A stretch of 64,000 bases of DNA, taken from Dudresnaya verticillata. Its lineage: Eukaryota. Where the stretch lies: assembly GCA_977862235.1 (NCBI GenBank), contig OZ374565.1:1-64000 (forward strand). Reading direction: 5' to 3'. Shown piece after piece: positions 32,301 through 43,790 of the stretch (its first letter is position 1; every line of letters starts with the position of its first letter). The notes under the pieces are model-generated. The model was not told where the DNA came from. It ran no database searches and was given only the letters and a program-made list of their open reading frames with translations. The translations under genes were made by a program, and so were the position numbers.

Positions 32301-34021
32301 ACCGCCGACCTGCGGCGCTCGGGCCGCAATCAGCAAGCGGAGGGGGCGAACAACTTGCTGCTGTCACTGTTCTACCTGGACGACGGCGTCATCGTGGCGA
32401 AACACGCCGTACTCAGGAAGGTTCTGTCCTTCTTTGACTCCGAGGAAGCTAAGGGCTATGGCTTCCACCTGCGCATGGACAAGTGTACTGTTTGGTGGCC
32501 TACTGCACCCGACCCAGAAGACTGCGCTGCCTACCCGTCGGATCTTGGGCAGAGCTACGGAGAAGGCACTACAGTACTTCAGGCTCCGATTGGAACGCAG
32601 AACTACATGGAGGAGAGCGTGAATGGCCATGTCGAGTCCATCCAGCCCCTGCTGGACGCAATTTCGGGACTAGAAGACCTACACGTGGCCATCACTCTAC
32701 TCCGCAACTGTGCCGGAGTCTGCCGGCTGAACTACCTGCTGCGAGTAGTTCCATCATCCGCCACGGCAAAGGGCGCCGAGCTCTTCGACCAGAAGATTGA
32801 GGCTTGCATGCGCAAGCTCGTGGGAGGAGTCCTACCGAGGGACACCTTCCGCGAACTTCAGCTTCCCCTGCGCACGAAAGAGCCCAGCTTCGGAATCGGT
32901 ATTTCGGGAGCTGGCGACATGAACTCGAGCGCGTTTTTGGCGTCCCTTTCACTGACCCGCAACTTACTGCGTTCTATCTTACCCGCTTCTGTGAACACTG
33001 CTCTTTCTGACGATCCTTTTGCAGTAGAAGCGCACGAAGACTGGAGCGCCAAGTGCCATAGTGAGGATGCCCTGGACCTGGAGAAGATCGACAGCGACGA
33101 GTGCCCGCGCCAGCGGGACTTGACGCGGTTGGTTCTGAAGAAAGTGCAAGCCGAGCTGCCGCTCGGGGACAGGCGGACGCAAGCTTTCCGAGCTTCCCTT
33201 GGCGTGCCGGGCGCCAAGGACTGGCTCAAGTGCCAGCCGGCACCAGGCATGAAGACGTACATTGCGGATCGGGACTACCGCGTATGGCTTCGATTCTACT
33301 GTCGGATTCCACTGCTGGAACCCGACACGGAGTGTCCTCGGGCCGGGTGCAAGAAGATGATGGATGTTCACGGCGACCATCTGCTGATTTGTCCGAACGG
33401 CATGCGGAACAGCGGATCTCCTCGGTCGTGGCGCCACGACTCTCAGGTTCGTCTGCTGGCTTCGGATCTGAAACGTGCGACACGCACCCCGATTGTGGAG
33501 CCCCGCCCTGTGGGGGCTCACTTGGATCGGCCGGACATCAAGGCGCTTGGAACAGAAGGAGGAACGGACTACCTGGACGTCACAATCAGTCATCCACTGT
33601 CGTCAGAACAACGCATTCTCAGCTGCATAACAAACCCGCAAGGGACGCTGAAGAACGCCCACGCTGACAAGGTGCGGACTTACCGTGGCTTCATCCAGGC
33701 TGCCGGACCGGGGGCAAGGCTTGTGCCGGTGCCGATGACCACACTAGGTGGCTGGCACCCGGAGGCGCACAAGTATATGCAAGAGTTGGCGGATACCGTG
33801 GCTTCTCGGGCCATGGTAACTCGCGGTGTTTCGCGAGCGGCTCTGTTCCACAGGCACGCGGCGCGACTGGTGCAGAACAACGTCAAGTGCCTGATGGAAG
33901 GGATCCAACAGGAGGTGTAGATGTGCAGGTTGTTTTGAGTTGGGGTTTAACTTTGTTGTGATACTACAGTAGATTGTACGTCGACAAATATTAGAATATG
34001 GTCACCTGTTATAAAGTTGAA
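29376..34021 (+). mobile_element. RLE non-LTR retrotransposon, copy 7; 3' end joined directly into a 5S rRNA gene
   Basis: ...ATAAAGTTGAA|CTCACCTCAGTACTAAACCAGCC..., continuing as 5S sequence. Confidence 0.95.
30432..33920 (+). CDS. Retrotransposon RT/RLE polyprotein, 1162 aa
   Basis: Intact ORF, same motifs. Confidence 0.97.
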   Translation: MIGQQHPDMPKVWLSPCFMPSAKHRPTNSTSCPLGCQSSSLPTVEALLMHLRKMHVPGRRGPPTRTDIEPLKQQLLDYGVWYCVTHNKYMPTHCSSRMNSEGMYSMRYKNYSACPATRTPAFSHVPSNQLTTPSREETVAAPSQSPALDAVTETQPEDGEPADDILPAPRRIPDSQEPPPAPVPATREVPTAQTPPVARGPGGQLLPAVEDICRSHIPMVTHIPSRVRAEVRDALSKTVWAFTNATNSQEATKELTAFLLFPAAVLSNPPAASARASASTSASSIGTFRDRIRRWGLKDYDALWQEALKGSTFREQTAPSAEEQRRINASRALRLAKEGAYSKAAAALDSDGIAPATDSVIQSMKDKHPQSVPQTDADHELDQSEPLPTMPDFVPFTADEVRKAVAKFPRASASGGTGLSPTHLQELLSVPTTHEHTGLLGGLTKMVNVLASGAGPAELSPWIASAPLTALKKRTGGVRPIAVGETIRRLVSSMLMTRVAPKAKAYLEPLQLGVATSGGTEAIVHAVRKLQNSHGHDKSYGLLQVDLKNAFNLVSRKAFMKEVRRHMPELLPWVRYCYDSEGPHLWMGDTLLRSVTGVQQGDPLGPLLFALVLQALIKQLKELTADLRRSGRNQQAEGANNLLLSLFYLDDGVIVAKHAVLRKVLSFFDSEEAKGYGFHLRMDKCTVWWPTAPDPEDCAAYPSDLGQSYGEGTTVLQAPIGTQNYMEESVNGHVESIQPLLDAISGLEDLHVAITLLRNCAGVCRLNYLLRVVPSSATAKGAELFDQKIEACMRKLVGGVLPRDTFRELQLPLRTKEPSFGIGISGAGDMNSSAFLASLSLTRNLLRSILPASVNTALSDDPFAVEAHEDWSAKCHSEDALDLEKIDSDECPRQRDLTRLVLKKVQAELPLGDRRTQAFRASLGVPGAKDWLKCQPAPGMKTYIADRDYRVWLRFYCRIPLLEPDTECPRAGCKKMMDVHGDHLLICPNGMRNSGSPRSWRHDSQVRLLASDLKRATRTPIVEPRPVGAHLDRPDIKALGTEGGTDYLDVTISHPLSSEQRILSCITNPQGTLKNAHADKVRTYRGFIQAAGPGARLVPVPMTTLGGWHPEAHKYMQELADTVASRAMVTRGVSRAALFHRHAARLVQNNVKCLMEGIQQEV

Positions 34022-34110
34022 CTCACCTCAGTACTAAACCAGCCTGACGAGACTTATCTTCGCAGTTCGGGATGGGATACGGAGCATGTCTGCGTAGTAT
34101 GGCCGAATGT
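34022..34110 (-). pseudogene. 5S rRNA gene truncated by retrotransposon insertion (nt 1-89 retained)
   Basis: Identical to 35232-35320; nt 90-120 and the terminator are replaced by the element 3' end. Confidence 0.93.
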
Positions 34111-35187
34111 GCTTGCTGTTCCCGCCGTACCCCTATTTAAATGCGCCATCAACTGCACTCCCCGTCATCGACTAAAGACTCCTGCGTCCAATGTCCATCC
34201 CACTGTAGTGTACACGTGGAGCATTATAGTAGTGACTCATAACCGTATACCATTTACTCTAAACGCAGGATCCAATATAAATACGGTGAACCAGCTCATG
34301 GACGTTCTGACCCCTTGGTTCAATGAAACCAGCACCCAATCTAATTTACAGAGCCCCTAGATCCAATCCTATAACGCTTTGACTTCTGTTGATCCAATCC
34401 ATCCACCCTTATTGGATCCGAACCTGATGCATTCCGTGATTTATATTACTGCATTGTACTATACTTTCTCATCCTTCCCTTTCCATTTCCTCATCCTTAC
34501 TCCTTTCCTTCCCACTCTCTGCACCCCTAAACGCGTTAAAATGACACATCCCTAACACCCCTAAACCCACCCATAACCATACGTGCCCCAAACCCCGATT
34601 TAACCCGCTCAAAAGCTGCCGACGGCCCGTGGGGACGTTTTGCACCATAGAAACGCGCTAAAAAGTCGATTTAGGAGGGTAAGAGCGCTACGCAATGCGC
34701 AGCAACGAGACGCTTCGATTGAGCTACTGAACAGCGCCCGAGCCCCAGCCGTTCCAAAGTTATGAGCACAAACGTCCAAGCCACCCTCACCCCAGCCACC
34801 AGACTTGATCCGATTGTGGTGATCCTTGATCCAATCTTCTGGGTACTAAATCTAATCCAATTCTATGTCCCTAAATCCAATTCATCCACCACACTGATCC
34901 ATTCCATCCACCACCATGATTCACTCCATGCACCAACACTAGACCCTTTACCCTCCCAATATCATGCCCCTCGCGTACCAGAGTAACCAAACTAACCGTA
35001 GACCTAACCCTAAACAACCCCTAGACACCTGCAAACACTCTCAGACTCCCTCCCACTTACAAGAAAAGGGGAAAAGTGCGAGTGAAAAGAATACGCTGTA
35101 CAGAGGCAGTGGGTCGGGGATTCTGCGGGAGAGGTATGCAAGGCAGCAATGTACGCAGAGGGCGGCGGGGAGGAAGGAATGAGGTGC

Positions 35188-35200
35188 AAAAAAATAAAAA
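35188..35200 (-). terminator. Pol III oligo-T terminator of the 5S gene (in each intact unit)
   Basis: TTTTTATTTTTTT on the minus strand directly after the gene 3' end. Confidence 0.88.
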
Positions 35201-35320
35201 ACATTCGGCACTGGCGATTCCAGAGTGATCCCTCACCTCAGTACTAAACCAGCCTGACGAGACTTATCTTCGCAGTTCGGGATGGGATACGGAGCATGTC
35301 TGCGTAGTATGGCCGAATGT
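35201..35320 (-). rRNA. 5S rRNA
   Basis: Minus strand ACATTCGGCCATAC...CCCATCCCGAACTGCGAAGATAAG...TTAGTACTGAGGTGAGGGATCACTCTGGAATC...GCCGAATGT; 120 nt; terminal helix ACATTCGGC/GCCGAATGT; oligo-T follows. Confidence 0.96.
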
Positions 35321-35343
35321 GCTTGCTGTTCCCGCCGTACCCC

Positions 35344-35351
35344 TATTTAAA
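35344..35351 (-). promoter_or_regulatory. TATA-like element at about -24 to -31 of the 5S gene (in each unit)
   Basis: TTTAAATA on the minus strand at the usual upstream position for 5S genes. Confidence 0.6.
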
Positions 35352-36410
35352 TGCGCCATCAACTGCACTCCCCGTCATCGACTAAAGACTCCTGCGTCCA
35401 ATGTCCATCCCACTGTAGTGTACACGTGGAGCATTATAGTAGTGACTCATAACCGTATACCATTTACTCTAAACGCAGGATCCAATATAAATACGGTGAA
35501 CCAGCTCATGGACGTTCTGACCCCTTGGTTCAATGAAACCAGCACCCAATCTAATTTACAGAGCCCCTAGATCCAATCCTATAACGCTTTGACTTCTGTT
35601 GATCCAATCCATCCACCCTTATTGGATCCGAACCTGATGCATTCCGTGATTTATATTACTGCATTGTACTATACTTTCTCATCCTTCCCTTTCCATTTCC
35701 TCATCCTTACTCCTTTCCTTCCCACTCTCTGCACCCCTAAACGCGTTAAAATGACACATCCCTAACACCCCTAAACCCACCCATAACCATACGTGCCCCA
35801 AACCCCGATTTAACCCGCTCAAAAGCTGCCGACGGCCCGTGGGGACGTTTTGCACCATAGAAACGCGCTAAAAAGTCGATTTAGGAGGGTAAGAGCGCTA
35901 CGCAATGCGCAGCAACGAGACGCTTCGATTGAGCTACTGAACAGCGCCCGAGCCCCAGCCGTTCCAAAGTTATGAGCACAAACGTCCAAGCCACCCTCAC
36001 CCCAGCCACCAGACTTGATCCGATTGTGGTGATCCTTGATCCAATCTTCTGGGTACTAAATCTAATCCAATTCTATGTCCCTAAATCCAATTCATCCACC
36101 ACACTGATCCATTCCATCCACCACCATGATTCACTCCATGCACCAACACTAGACCCTTTACCCTCCCAATATCATGCCCCTCGCGTACCAGAGTAACCAA
36201 ACTAACCGTAGACCTAACCCTAAACAACCCCTAGACACCTGCAAACACTCTCAGACTCCCTCCCACTTACAAGAAAAGGGGAAAAGTGCGAGTGAAAAGA
36301 ATACGCTGTACAGAGGCAGTGGGTCGGGGATTCTGCGGGAGAGGTATGCAAGGCAGCAATGTACGCAGAGGGCGGCGGGGAGGAAGGAATGAGGTGCAAA
36401 AAAATAAAAA

Positions 36411-36530
36411 ACATTCGGCACTGGCGATTCCAGAGTGATCCCTCACCTCAGTACTAAACCAGCCTGACGAGACTTATCTTCGCAGTTCGGGATGGGATAC
36501 GGAGCATGTCTGCGTAGTATGGCCGAATGT
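36411..36530 (-). rRNA. 5S rRNA
   Basis: Repeat of 35201-35320. Confidence 0.95.
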
Positions 36531-37620
36531 GCTTGCTGTTCCCGCCGTACCCCTATTTAAATGCGCCATCAACTGCACTCCCCGTCATCGACTAAAGACT
36601 CCTGCGTCCAATGTCCATCCCACTGTAGTGTACACGTGGAGCATTATAGTAGTGACTCATAACCGTATACCATTTACTCTAAACGCAGGATCCAATATAA
36701 ATACGGTGAACCAGCTCATGGACGTTCTGACCCCTTGGTTCAATGAAACCAGCACCCAATCTAATTTACAGAGCCCCTAGATCCAATCCTATAACGCTTT
36801 GACTTCTGTTGATCCAATCCATCCACCCTTATTGGATCCGAACCTGATGCATTCCGTGATTTATATTACTGCATTGTACTATACTTTCTCATCCTTCCCT
36901 TTCCATTTCCTCATCCTTACTCCTTTCCTTCCCACTCTCTGCACCCCTAAACGCGTTAAAATGACACATCCCTAACACCCCTAAACCCACCCATAACCAT
37001 ACGTGCCCCAAACCCCGATTTAACCCGCTCAAAAGCTGCCGACGGCCCGTGGGGACGTTTTGCACCATAGAAACGCGCTAAAAAGTCGATTTAGGAGGGT
37101 AAGAGCGCTACGCAATGCGCAGCAACGAGACGCTTCGATTGAGCTACTGAACAGCGCCCGAGCCCCAGCCGTTCCAAAGTTATGAGCACAAACGTCCAAG
37201 CCACCCTCACCCCAGCCACCAGACTTGATCCGATTGTGGTGATCCTTGATCCAATCTTCTGGGTACTAAATCTAATCCAATTCTATGTCCCTAAATCCAA
37301 TTCATCCACCACACTGATCCATTCCATCCACCACCATGATTCACTCCATGCACCAACACTAGACCCTTTACCCTCCCAATATCATGCCCCTCGCGTACCA
37401 GAGTAACCAAACTAACCGTAGACCTAACCCTAAACAACCCCTAGACACCTGCAAACACTCTCAGACTCCCTCCCACTTACAAGAAAAGGGGAAAAGTGCG
37501 AGTGAAAAGAATACGCTGTACAGAGGCAGTGGGTCGGGGATTCTGCGGGAGAGGTATGCAAGGCAGCAATGTACGCAGAGGGCGGCGGGGAGGAAGGAAT
37601 GAGGTGCAAAAAAATAAAAA

Positions 37621-37740
37621 ACATTCGGCACTGGCGATTCCAGAGTGATCCCTCACCTCAGTACTAAACCAGCCTGACGAGACTTATCTTCGCAGTTCGG
37701 GATGGGATACGGAGCATGTCTGCGTAGTATGGCCGAATGT
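37621..37740 (-). rRNA. 5S rRNA
   Basis: Repeat of 35201-35320. Confidence 0.95.
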
Positions 37741-38830
37741 GCTTGCTGTTCCCGCCGTACCCCTATTTAAATGCGCCATCAACTGCACTCCCCGTCATCG
37801 ACTAAAGACTCCTGCGTCCAATGTCCATCCCACTGTAGTGTACACGTGGAGCATTATAGTAGTGACTCATAACCGTATACCATTTACTCTAAACGCAGGA
37901 TCCAATATAAATACGGTGAACCAGCTCATGGACGTTCTGACCCCTTGGTTCAATGAAACCAGCACCCAATCTAATTTACAGAGCCCCTAGATCCAATCCT
38001 ATAACGCTTTGACTTCTGTTGATCCAATCCATCCACCCTTATTGGATCCGAACCTGATGCATTCCGTGATTTATATTACTGCATTGTACTATACTTTCTC
38101 ATCCTTCCCTTTCCATTTCCTCATCCTTACTCCTTTCCTTCCCACTCTCTGCACCCCTAAACGCGTTAAAATGACACATCCCTAACACCCCTAAACCCAC
38201 CCATAACCATACGTGCCCCAAACCCCGATTTAACCCGCTCAAAAGCTGCCGACGGCCCGTGGGGACGTTTTGCACCATAGAAACGCGCTAAAAAGTCGAT
38301 TTAGGAGGGTAAGAGCGCTACGCAATGCGCAGCAACGAGACGCTTCGATTGAGCTACTGAACAGCGCCCGAGCCCCAGCCGTTCCAAAGTTATGAGCACA
38401 AACGTCCAAGCCACCCTCACCCCAGCCACCAGACTTGATCCGATTGTGGTGATCCTTGATCCAATCTTCTGGGTACTAAATCTAATCCAATTCTATGTCC
38501 CTAAATCCAATTCATCCACCACACTGATCCATTCCATCCACCACCATGATTCACTCCATGCACCAACACTAGACCCTTTACCCTCCCAATATCATGCCCC
38601 TCGCGTACCAGAGTAACCAAACTAACCGTAGACCTAACCCTAAACAACCCCTAGACACCTGCAAACACTCTCAGACTCCCTCCCACTTACAAGAAAAGGG
38701 GAAAAGTGCGAGTGAAAAGAATACGCTGTACAGAGGCAGTGGGTCGGGGATTCTGCGGGAGAGGTATGCAAGGCAGCAATGTACGCAGAGGGCGGCGGGG
38801 AGGAAGGAATGAGGTGCAAAAAAATAAAAA

Positions 38831-38950
38831 ACATTCGGCACTGGCGATTCCAGAGTGATCCCTCACCTCAGTACTAAACCAGCCTGACGAGACTTATCTT
38901 CGCAGTTCGGGATGGGATACGGAGCATGTCTGCGTAGTATGGCCGAATGT
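38831..38950 (-). rRNA. 5S rRNA
   Basis: Repeat of 35201-35320. Confidence 0.95.
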
Positions 38951-40040
38951 GCTTGCTGTTCCCGCCGTACCCCTATTTAAATGCGCCATCAACTGCACTC
39001 CCCGTCATCGACTAAAGACTCCTGCGTCCAATGTCCATCCCACTGTAGTGTACACGTGGAGCATTATAGTAGTGACTCATAACCGTATACCATTTACTCT
39101 AAACGCAGGATCCAATATAAATACGGTGAACCAGCTCATGGACGTTCTGACCCCTTGGTTCAATGAAACCAGCACCCAATCTAATTTACAGAGCCCCTAG
39201 ATCCAATCCTATAACGCTTTGACTTCTGTTGATCCAATCCATCCACCCTTATTGGATCCGAACCTGATGCATTCCGTGATTTATATTACTGCATTGTACT
39301 ATACTTTCTCATCCTTCCCTTTCCATTTCCTCATCCTTACTCCTTTCCTTCCCACTCTCTGCACCCCTAAACGCGTTAAAATGACACATCCCTAACACCC
39401 CTAAACCCACCCATAACCATACGTGCCCCAAACCCCGATTTAACCCGCTCAAAAGCTGCCGACGGCCCGTGGGGACGTTTTGCACCATAGAAACGCGCTA
39501 AAAAGTCGATTTAGGAGGGTAAGAGCGCTACGCAATGCGCAGCAACGAGACGCTTCGATTGAGCTACTGAACAGCGCCCGAGCCCCAGCCGTTCCAAAGT
39601 TATGAGCACAAACGTCCAAGCCACCCTCACCCCAGCCACCAGACTTGATCCGATTGTGGTGATCCTTGATCCAATCTTCTGGGTACTAAATCTAATCCAA
39701 TTCTATGTCCCTAAATCCAATTCATCCACCACACTGATCCATTCCATCCACCACCATGATTCACTCCATGCACCAACACTAGACCCTTTACCCTCCCAAT
39801 ATCATGCCCCTCGCGTACCAGAGTAACCAAACTAACCGTAGACCTAACCCTAAACAACCCCTAGACACCTGCAAACACTCTCAGACTCCCTCCCACTTAC
39901 AAGAAAAGGGGAAAAGTGCGAGTGAAAAGAATACGCTGTACAGAGGCAGTGGGTCGGGGATTCTGCGGGAGAGGTATGCAAGGCAGCAATGTACGCAGAG
40001 GGCGGCGGGGAGGAAGGAATGAGGTGCAAAAAAATAAAAA

Positions 40041-40160
40041 ACATTCGGCACTGGCGATTCCAGAGTGATCCCTCACCTCAGTACTAAACCAGCCTGACGA
40101 GACTTATCTTCGCAGTTCGGGATGGGATACGGAGCATGTCTGCGTAGTATGGCCGAATGT
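40041..40160 (-). rRNA. 5S rRNA
   Basis: Repeat of 35201-35320. Confidence 0.95.
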
Positions 40161-41250
40161 GCTTGCTGTTCCCGCCGTACCCCTATTTAAATGCGCCATC
40201 AACTGCACTCCCCGTCATCGACTAAAGACTCCTGCGTCCAATGTCCATCCCACTGTAGTGTACACGTGGAGCATTATAGTAGTGACTCATAACCGTATAC
40301 CATTTACTCTAAACGCAGGATCCAATATAAATACGGTGAACCAGCTCATGGACGTTCTGACCCCTTGGTTCAATGAAACCAGCACCCAATCTAATTTACA
40401 GAGCCCCTAGATCCAATCCTATAACGCTTTGACTTCTGTTGATCCAATCCATCCACCCTTATTGGATCCGAACCTGATGCATTCCGTGATTTATATTACT
40501 GCATTGTACTATACTTTCTCATCCTTCCCTTTCCATTTCCTCATCCTTACTCCTTTCCTTCCCACTCTCTGCACCCCTAAACGCGTTAAAATGACACATC
40601 CCTAACACCCCTAAACCCACCCATAACCATACGTGCCCCAAACCCCGATTTAACCCGCTCAAAAGCTGCCGACGGCCCGTGGGGACGTTTTGCACCATAG
40701 AAACGCGCTAAAAAGTCGATTTAGGAGGGTAAGAGCGCTACGCAATGCGCAGCAACGAGACGCTTCGATTGAGCTACTGAACAGCGCCCGAGCCCCAGCC
40801 GTTCCAAAGTTATGAGCACAAACGTCCAAGCCACCCTCACCCCAGCCACCAGACTTGATCCGATTGTGGTGATCCTTGATCCAATCTTCTGGGTACTAAA
40901 TCTAATCCAATTCTATGTCCCTAAATCCAATTCATCCACCACACTGATCCATTCCATCCACCACCATGATTCACTCCATGCACCAACACTAGACCCTTTA
41001 CCCTCCCAATATCATGCCCCTCGCGTACCAGAGTAACCAAACTAACCGTAGACCTAACCCTAAACAACCCCTAGACACCTGCAAACACTCTCAGACTCCC
41101 TCCCACTTACAAGAAAAGGGGAAAAGTGCGAGTGAAAAGAATACGCTGTACAGAGGCAGTGGGTCGGGGATTCTGCGGGAGAGGTATGCAAGGCAGCAAT
41201 GTACGCAGAGGGCGGCGGGGAGGAAGGAATGAGGTGCAAAAAAATAAAAA

Positions 41251-41370
41251 ACATTCGGCACTGGCGATTCCAGAGTGATCCCTCACCTCAGTACTAAACC
41301 AGCCTGACGAGACTTATCTTCGCAGTTCGGGATGGGATACGGAGCATGTCTGCGTAGTATGGCCGAATGT
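41251..41370 (-). rRNA. 5S rRNA
   Basis: Repeat of 35201-35320. Confidence 0.95.
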
Positions 41371-42460
41371 GCTTGCTGTTCCCGCCGTACCCCTATTTAA
41401 ATGCGCCATCAACTGCACTCCCCGTCATCGACTAAAGACTCCTGCGTCCAATGTCCATCCCACTGTAGTGTACACGTGGAGCATTATAGTAGTGACTCAT
41501 AACCGTATACCATTTACTCTAAACGCAGGATCCAATATAAATACGGTGAACCAGCTCATGGACGTTCTGACCCCTTGGTTCAATGAAACCAGCACCCAAT
41601 CTAATTTACAGAGCCCCTAGATCCAATCCTATAACGCTTTGACTTCTGTTGATCCAATCCATCCACCCTTATTGGATCCGAACCTGATGCATTCCGTGAT
41701 TTATATTACTGCATTGTACTATACTTTCTCATCCTTCCCTTTCCATTTCCTCATCCTTACTCCTTTCCTTCCCACTCTCTGCACCCCTAAACGCGTTAAA
41801 ATGACACATCCCTAACACCCCTAAACCCACCCATAACCATACGTGCCCCAAACCCCGATTTAACCCGCTCAAAAGCTGCCGACGGCCCGTGGGGACGTTT
41901 TGCACCATAGAAACGCGCTAAAAAGTCGATTTAGGAGGGTAAGAGCGCTACGCAATGCGCAGCAACGAGACGCTTCGATTGAGCTACTGAACAGCGCCCG
42001 AGCCCCAGCCGTTCCAAAGTTATGAGCACAAACGTCCAAGCCACCCTCACCCCAGCCACCAGACTTGATCCGATTGTGGTGATCCTTGATCCAATCTTCT
42101 GGGTACTAAATCTAATCCAATTCTATGTCCCTAAATCCAATTCATCCACCACACTGATCCATTCCATCCACCACCATGATTCACTCCATGCACCAACACT
42201 AGACCCTTTACCCTCCCAATATCATGCCCCTCGCGTACCAGAGTAACCAAACTAACCGTAGACCTAACCCTAAACAACCCCTAGACACCTGCAAACACTC
42301 TCAGACTCCCTCCCACTTACAAGAAAAGGGGAAAAGTGCGAGTGAAAAGAATACGCTGTACAGAGGCAGTGGGTCGGGGATTCTGCGGGAGAGGTATGCA
42401 AGGCAGCAATGTACGCAGAGGGCGGCGGGGAGGAAGGAATGAGGTGCAAAAAAATAAAAA

Positions 42461-42580
42461 ACATTCGGCACTGGCGATTCCAGAGTGATCCCTCACCTCA
42501 GTACTAAACCAGCCTGACGAGACTTATCTTCGCAGTTCGGGATGGGATACGGAGCATGTCTGCGTAGTATGGCCGAATGT
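42461..42580 (-). rRNA. 5S rRNA
   Basis: Repeat of 35201-35320. Confidence 0.95.
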
Positions 42581-43670
42581 GCTTGCTGTTCCCGCCGTAC
42601 CCCTATTTAAATGCGCCATCAACTGCACTCCCCGTCATCGACTAAAGACTCCTGCGTCCAATGTCCATCCCACTGTAGTGTACACGTGGAGCATTATAGT
42701 AGTGACTCATAACCGTATACCATTTACTCTAAACGCAGGATCCAATATAAATACGGTGAACCAGCTCATGGACGTTCTGACCCCTTGGTTCAATGAAACC
42801 AGCACCCAATCTAATTTACAGAGCCCCTAGATCCAATCCTATAACGCTTTGACTTCTGTTGATCCAATCCATCCACCCTTATTGGATCCGAACCTGATGC
42901 ATTCCGTGATTTATATTACTGCATTGTACTATACTTTCTCATCCTTCCCTTTCCATTTCCTCATCCTTACTCCTTTCCTTCCCACTCTCTGCACCCCTAA
43001 ACGCGTTAAAATGACACATCCCTAACACCCCTAAACCCACCCATAACCATACGTGCCCCAAACCCCGATTTAACCCGCTCAAAAGCTGCCGACGGCCCGT
43101 GGGGACGTTTTGCACCATAGAAACGCGCTAAAAAGTCGATTTAGGAGGGTAAGAGCGCTACGCAATGCGCAGCAACGAGACGCTTCGATTGAGCTACTGA
43201 ACAGCGCCCGAGCCCCAGCCGTTCCAAAGTTATGAGCACAAACGTCCAAGCCACCCTCACCCCAGCCACCAGACTTGATCCGATTGTGGTGATCCTTGAT
43301 CCAATCTTCTGGGTACTAAATCTAATCCAATTCTATGTCCCTAAATCCAATTCATCCACCACACTGATCCATTCCATCCACCACCATGATTCACTCCATG
43401 CACCAACACTAGACCCTTTACCCTCCCAATATCATGCCCCTCGCGTACCAGAGTAACCAAACTAACCGTAGACCTAACCCTAAACAACCCCTAGACACCT
43501 GCAAACACTCTCAGACTCCCTCCCACTTACAAGAAAAGGGGAAAAGTGCGAGTGAAAAGAATACGCTGTACAGAGGCAGTGGGTCGGGGATTCTGCGGGA
43601 GAGGTATGCAAGGCAGCAATGTACGCAGAGGGCGGCGGGGAGGAAGGAATGAGGTGCAAAAAAATAAAAA

Positions 43671-43790
43671 ACATTCGGCACTGGCGATTCCAGAGTGATC
43701 CCTCACCTCAGTACTAAACCAGCCTGACGAGACTTATCTTCGCAGTTCGGGATGGGATACGGAGCATGTCTGCGTAGTATGGCCGAATGT
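43671..43790 (-). rRNA. 5S rRNA
   Basis: Repeat of 35201-35320. Confidence 0.95.

Noticed and set aside
1534..34021. Telomere-repeat-targeting element (MoTeR/SART/TRAS-like) or LTR element
   Set aside because: No telomeric repeats at inter-copy or 3' junctions, which are 5S sequence; no LTRs, integrase or protease.
34762..35570. Short ORFs (64-83 aa) repeated in each 1210-bp unit
   Set aside because: No recognisable motifs; they lie in the 5S spacer or overlap the gene and recur only because the unit repeats.
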